From Macrostomum lignano (lineage: Eukaryota), in assembly GCA_002269645.1 (NCBI GenBank), contig NIVC01001593.1, positions 177,960 to 241,959 on the forward strand: a DNA stretch of 64,000 nt. Reading direction: 5' to 3'. Position numbers and translations under genes: made by a program. Below, piece by piece: positions 59,476 through 64,000 of the stretch (its first letter is position 1; every line of letters begins with the position of its first letter). The notes under the pieces were generated by a model. The model was given only the letters and a program-made list of their open reading frames with translations, did no database searches and was not told the origin of the DNA.

Positions 59476-61018
59476 TCAGCTGAGTAAATTGATGCAGGTC
59501 GAGCAGCAGAAGTTTTCCTCTTCTTGCGTTGTGGATGCACAGACGCAGTGGATCCAGTCAAGACAGAATGAGCACTCAATCTACCAGTAGTGCATGTACA
59601 AGAAGTAAAGGTAAAGTGAGTACATGTGTATGGATATTTGGCACAGAGGTGTTTATACATACAAGAATTTTACAACTCACCCAATCAATTGTTGCTGCAC
59701 CGTCTGCTTTTGGCGGCTCTTCTGCTTGACAAATTGCACAAGAACCTTGGTTGCTATCGACGGAGTTGTTACTGATTACTTTCCATATGTAACAACGCAC
59801 TTTCTCAAGAAAGTCTTTGCTTGCTTTCTGATATTGTAGCTCCCTACCAAGAATTATGCTTCTGGCATACAAGCAGACGAAGGCACCACAACTAAAAGAA
59901 TCGTCTTGCTTAGTGTGTGGAGCGCTGCCACTGCGAAAAGTAGTATTTTCTTTGAGTGAAAAATACTCGTAGATTTCTTTTGGTGCCAGACGTAGAAAAG
60001 CACTACAATTGGTGTTCGGAAAAGCTTACATGGATGTGTATCCTTACATTCATAATTGTCTTATCTGAAGTCAAAGGTTGAAAGGAAAAGCTTCTTACTT
60101 CCAGTTTTCTACAATTCTGGGCAACACATTCTGCTGGCGGATATTACTGGTAGAGGAGTCGAAGAGGTAAACATTTCTAGCTGATACGTTAATCGCTACC
60201 AGGTAAAAATGGCTTCCAGTAAACATGGGAACCAAAATCAAACGGACTTCCTAAAAATGAAATAATTCGGGAAACGTCAAAATCAAATTACATAGCTAAA
60301 TAGATTTTCTTGCGTGCTTAACTCACCCTCAGAAGGTGACCCTCAGAAGGTCTAGGGGGAGTGCTAACCGGAGGAGGGTGACCCTCAGAAGGTCTAGGGG
60401 GAGTGCTAACCGGAGGAGGGTGACCCTCAGAAGGTCTAGGGGAGTGCTAACCGGAGGAGGGTGACCCTCAGAAGGTCTAGGGGGAGTGCTAACCGGAGGA
60501 GGGTGACCCTCAGAAGGTCTAGGGGGAGTGCTAACCGGAGGAGGGTGACCCTCAGAAGGTCTAGGGGGAGTGCTAACCGGAGGAGGGTGACCCTCAGAAG
60601 GTCTAGGGGGAGTACTAATCAAAGGAATGCGGCCCTCAGAGAAAGTTCCAGTCAATCCGGCCAATTCATTTTTTTCTTTTGTTCTTTTGCGAATCCAGTG
60701 GAACATCATGGCTCGATTGCGTATGGTATTCCTCAAATTTAGTCGTTCTGCGATGTAGCAGAAGATGGGAGCCGAAGCTTTAAAACTACGAGGCGTTGCA
60801 AACTTTTTTATTCCATCAGTCACAACGCTATCGATCTGTAAATCGTCCAAATTTCGAGGCATTTCGTAGCTATGAAATAAAATTTACAAATGGCTACTAT
60901 GCCACAAAGATTAAGATGTGACACAGGGACAAAAAGTGGCTTACCTCATCTTTTGGCGGAATACTTTGAGCCAACAGTAAGCAACATACAAAGAAGAGAA
61001 ATGACCTAACAAAGAAGC
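59476..61018 (-). CDS. Ulp1/SENP (peptidase C48)-like cysteine protease + C-terminal PHD finger. Exons 61018?-60945, 60869-60327, 60250-60099, 60002-59681, 59580-59476; 5' end unresolved; one 1-nt frameshift in a G run near 60440 as assembled
   Basis: LDDLQIDSVV; LILVPMFTGSHFYLVAIN (His); YLFDSS (Asp); KQDDSFSCGAFVCLYA (Gln/Cys); PHD CAIC...DW|IECSFCLDWIHCVC...FCCSTC. GT-AG introns are phase-consistent once one G is restored. Confidence 0.82.
60326..60632. repeat. 42-bp coding minisatellite, ~7 copies (PPRPSEGHPPPVST), inside the Ulp1 gene
   Basis: Units start at 60340, 60382, 60424 (41 bp), 60465, 60507, 60549 and 60591. Confidence 0.95.
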
Positions 61019-61523
61019 CTGTCATTCGTGAACGTGAAACTATTCCTGAAACAATTCGTGAAACTAATAATTAGACGCAGCAAATTTTCTTCAAAGCTTA
61101 TTTTCAAAATCAGTAGCTACAGAGTGATTTTGAGTGGGTCCAATTTGACGCAAAATTGTATCCAGCCCTGTCCGAAGAAATATATCAGTCAAATGTGCAG
61201 TGCAAAAAGTATTTCAGCGCAGAAAATACGGGTGTACCGATGTTTGATTGCACGGCTGAAACTGTACGAACAGTCCAAGTAGGCAGGTCAGTGTACACAA
61301 CGCGAAAAAGTTTAATAGTGCTGCATGGCTTAATGAAATCAATTAAACTGATTGAACCCAATGAGTCAGTGTTTACTAGTAGAGAATCTTTAAAAAATTA
61401 TTGTAAATCAGCCAATATATGTACATCATGCATGCAAACATCTTACTATATATTCACACAAATGAACAAAATTATTATCCCAATCTAATGCACTGTGGAG
61501 ATACATGTACATGTACATGTAGA

Positions 61524-62033
61524 AACATCAGTTTTTCTCGAATAGTTCTCGAGCATGAAGCTTTGAGTTCGGTTTGAGTTATGATAATCGCTTAGTGTCT
61601 GGGTGAAGTCCTGCATGTCAATTTTCAGCGACAGAGAGCAAGCAGAAGTACTCGAAATCGAATATCAATCTAATACATTGCGGAGATAGGAACATCAGTT
61701 TTTCTCGAATAGTTCTCGAGCATGAAGCTTTGAGTTCGGTTTGAGTTATGATAATCGCTTAGTGTCTGGGTGAAGTCCTGCATGCCAATTTTCAGCGACA
61801 GAGAGCAAGCAGAAGTACTCGAAATCGAATATCAATCTAATACATTGCGGAGATAGGAACATCAGTTTTTCTCGAATAGTTCTCGAGCATGAAGCTTTGA
61901 GTTCGGTTTGAGTTATGATAATCGCTTAGTGTCTGGGTGAAGTCCTGCATGTCAATTTTCAGCGACAGAGAGCAAGCAGAAGTACTCGAAATCGAATATC
62001 AATCTAATACATTGCGGAGATAGGAACATCAGT
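61524..62033 (-). repeat. Right subterminal array of the 167-bp unit, ~3 copies, inverted
   Basis: The AGT of AACATCAGT falls at 61530, 61697, 61864 and 62031. Confidence 0.97.
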
Positions 62034-62405
62034 TTTTTGCAAATTGTAAAAAATCCTTTCTATCTGTAGCCGTAATTTTTTTCAAGTCGGTTTATCTCGT
62101 GGGTGATGTTTTTTCTGTAAAAAATCATAGCGTTTGGTGCTTTAAAAGCAAAGATTTTTGTTATTTCCGAAAATCGATCTTGAATATCGCTCGGGGAATC
62201 CCTGCATGTAGTAAAGTGTATTTTTACTCAGGCAAGTGAGATTTATCAAATGAAATAAAAAATACAAAAAAACTTTTAAAATCTCACTAGATTCCCTAAC
62301 TAATGTAATAGACTTGTTTTAAATTTTATAAAGGTTTCAGTTCTAGTAATACTAATACTGATATAGTAGAAGTTCATTTTATATCTGTGATCTATTCTAG
62401 TCCCT

Positions 62406-62458
62406 CGCGCTGTACTTCTTATAATGCGGAGGTTGTGAGTTCGATCCGCGCCCGGGCA
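62406..62458 (+). pseudogene. 5'-truncated tRNA-like fragment resembling the tRNA-Ile(TAT) 3' half
   Basis: GCGCTGTACTTCTTATAATGCGGAGGTTGTGAGTTCGATCC contains a B box; the acceptor stem and D arm are missing. Confidence 0.4.
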
Positions 62459-63390
62459 GATAATTTTTTTATAGGCGTAGGGTTAGCATCCCCTGGCTTT
62501 AATTGTAAGATGAGAAAGCAAAGCAAAATTGTTATAAGACTTTATTGTTTATTTACGTGATGATAGTGCAAATGCCAAGCCTAATAAGGAGGAAAAAGGA
62601 ATTTATGATGTGACCTACTAAAATACTTTTTTTAATTGAAACTGCGGCACAGAAAGCTAAGATTTTAATAATATTCTAGTCTGAATACAGACAATATATC
62701 TATCATCTCTTATCTTTTTCATTAGAGTAATTATTCATATTTGTTAGTGGTATTTACTAACGCCTGACATCTACTTTGACATTTTGTTTTATCGTAGGTT
62801 TCTTAGAAACTGTATAAAACGCGTGCTTATTCGCCAATTTAGTTGAAATCGTCCTTTTTGGATTTTCCTTTTGGTGTTGGCAGGGGCGGATTTAGGAGGG
62901 AGGCAATGGTCTGCATCGCATCCCCGTCACTTCTGTTTATCTTAAATAAAAGTTTGGTTTGATGCTGGTGTTCTTTAACAGAGAAGTTTTACATGTCTAA
63001 TACAGTATGTGCTCCTCACGATCCGTAGTCCGCCACCGCGGCGGCAGGCAGGAATTCCCAACTTAGCTTCACGAATGAGGCTCATGCAGAAAGATGAAGC
63101 TAAGAAGGCTAAATTCGGTGTCGTAAATGTACCGAATGTATATTAAATAAATGTAAATGTATATTAAACTCTGCATGTCCAATGGCCCATTTTCATACGA
63201 GTACAAAGCAAATACAAGTGACAAGTGACAATAATTTCGGTTTCATAAGTTTTGAGCAACTGCACTTGCTTGGTAAGCTGAGCAAGAGGACAATCAATTG
63301 CAGCGCTGTCTATGGCCGAAATGGGTGTCCAATTACTTCCCCCGTCATATTCTTTTAACCATAGGGTAAGGCCATAGACAGCTTAAACTA

Positions 63391-63630
63391 GGTTGTAGCC
63401 TAGTGGTTGGAGCGTCGGACTCGTCGGAGCGAAGGTCGGGGGTTCGATTCTCGAACCATTCGGAACAATTTGTGTCCTTGAGCAAGATACTCTGCATTGC
63501 TTCAGTTCACCCAGTTGTAAAATGGGTGCCAGCTGGGCTAATTCAGGATGTGTGTGGCGACCCTCAGTCCTTGTACTGAGCATCCTTACGCAGCCTTCAG
63601 ATGCGCCGCGCAATAGCTGCGGCTGAGCTG
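63391..63630 (+). mobile_element. tRNA-derived CORE/Nin-like SINE, second copy
   Basis: Same head, core and 3' segment CGCAGCCTTCAGATGCGCCGCGCAATAGCTGCGGCTGAGCTG as 50115; no tail. Confidence 0.83.
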
Positions 63631-64000
63631 TCAGTTGCACATCTGCCTAATAGGGCAGGTGTTAATCAATTATTTGTTTTGAACTGTAGAAAGAACACTA
63701 CGAGTCTGTTGAATTATGTGAATTAGCAGTTATTTCTTATCTCTCTAAAAAATCAATAGACTGTTAATAAGAGCAGAAGCCAACTGTAAAGTTTTCAATG
63801 ACCAGAGGAAGTACTTGTTTATGCACGAGGTATATCTGTTTTGTCTATGGCCCCAAGAGGGGCAAGAAACGCTTGAAAAATTGTCACATGTACTTTCCTT
63901 CATGTAGTCGGCCAAAGGACACCACGTTAGATATAATTAAAGCATATGATATGGAATGAATGAATGAGTATATAGAATGAGGTTAGACTCCGTAAAATTA

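Larger units (their letters stand above)
57040..62207. mobile_element. Foldback/Mutator-like DNA element (5,168 bp) with 9-bp TSD, long composite TIRs and a Ulp1-PHD gene
   Basis: GTAGTAAAG|ATGCAGGGATTCCCCGAGCG ... CGCTCGGGGAATCCCTGCAT|GTAGTAAAG. The 174-bp terminal segments (57040-57213, 62034-62207) look perfectly inverted and are followed by inverted 167-bp arrays. Superfamily assignment is inferred from TSD length and architecture. Confidence 0.88.

Noticed and set aside
57214-62033. CRISPR-like look of the 167-bp arrays (also the 29- and 45-bp arrays)
   Set aside because: Units are head-to-tail with no unique spacers, there are no cas genes, and the context is eukaryotic.
62880-62930. 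CAGGGGCGGATTTAG hAT-like terminal motif (similar at 27574 and 29902)
   Set aside because: No matching opposite TIR or 8-bp TSD found.

Overview
Repeat-rich animal genomic DNA with GT-AG introns and a 53-nt N gap. Style is compatible with an invertebrate such as a flatworm (inference only). Host genes, all on the minus strand: (i) an intronless DEG/ENaC-family channel whose 3' part appears twice around the gap, probably an assembly artefact; (ii) an intronless SAM-dependent methyltransferase-like ORF with an 11-aa repeat tail; (iii) a 9-exon AHCYL1/IRBIT-like gene with an intronic tRNA-Arg(TCT). Mobile elements: a decayed ~6.3-kb LOA/Lian-type LINE with an antisense copy of its own 3' end nested inside it, an RTE fragment, a mariner-type MITE, a 748-bp retroposed insert with a 20-bp TSD, and two tRNA/CORE-type SINEs. 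There are also many satellites and minisatellites. The standout is a 5,168-bp foldback/Mutator-like element at 57040-62207. It has a 9-bp TSD and apparently identical 174-bp terminal inverted repeats that continue into inverted arrays of a 167-bp unit (about 12.7 vs 3 copies). Its core carries a spliced gene for a Ulp1/SENP-family cysteine protease with a C-terminal PHD finger, and no recognisable transposase. All calls come from reading and hand-translating the sequence; no searches were run.
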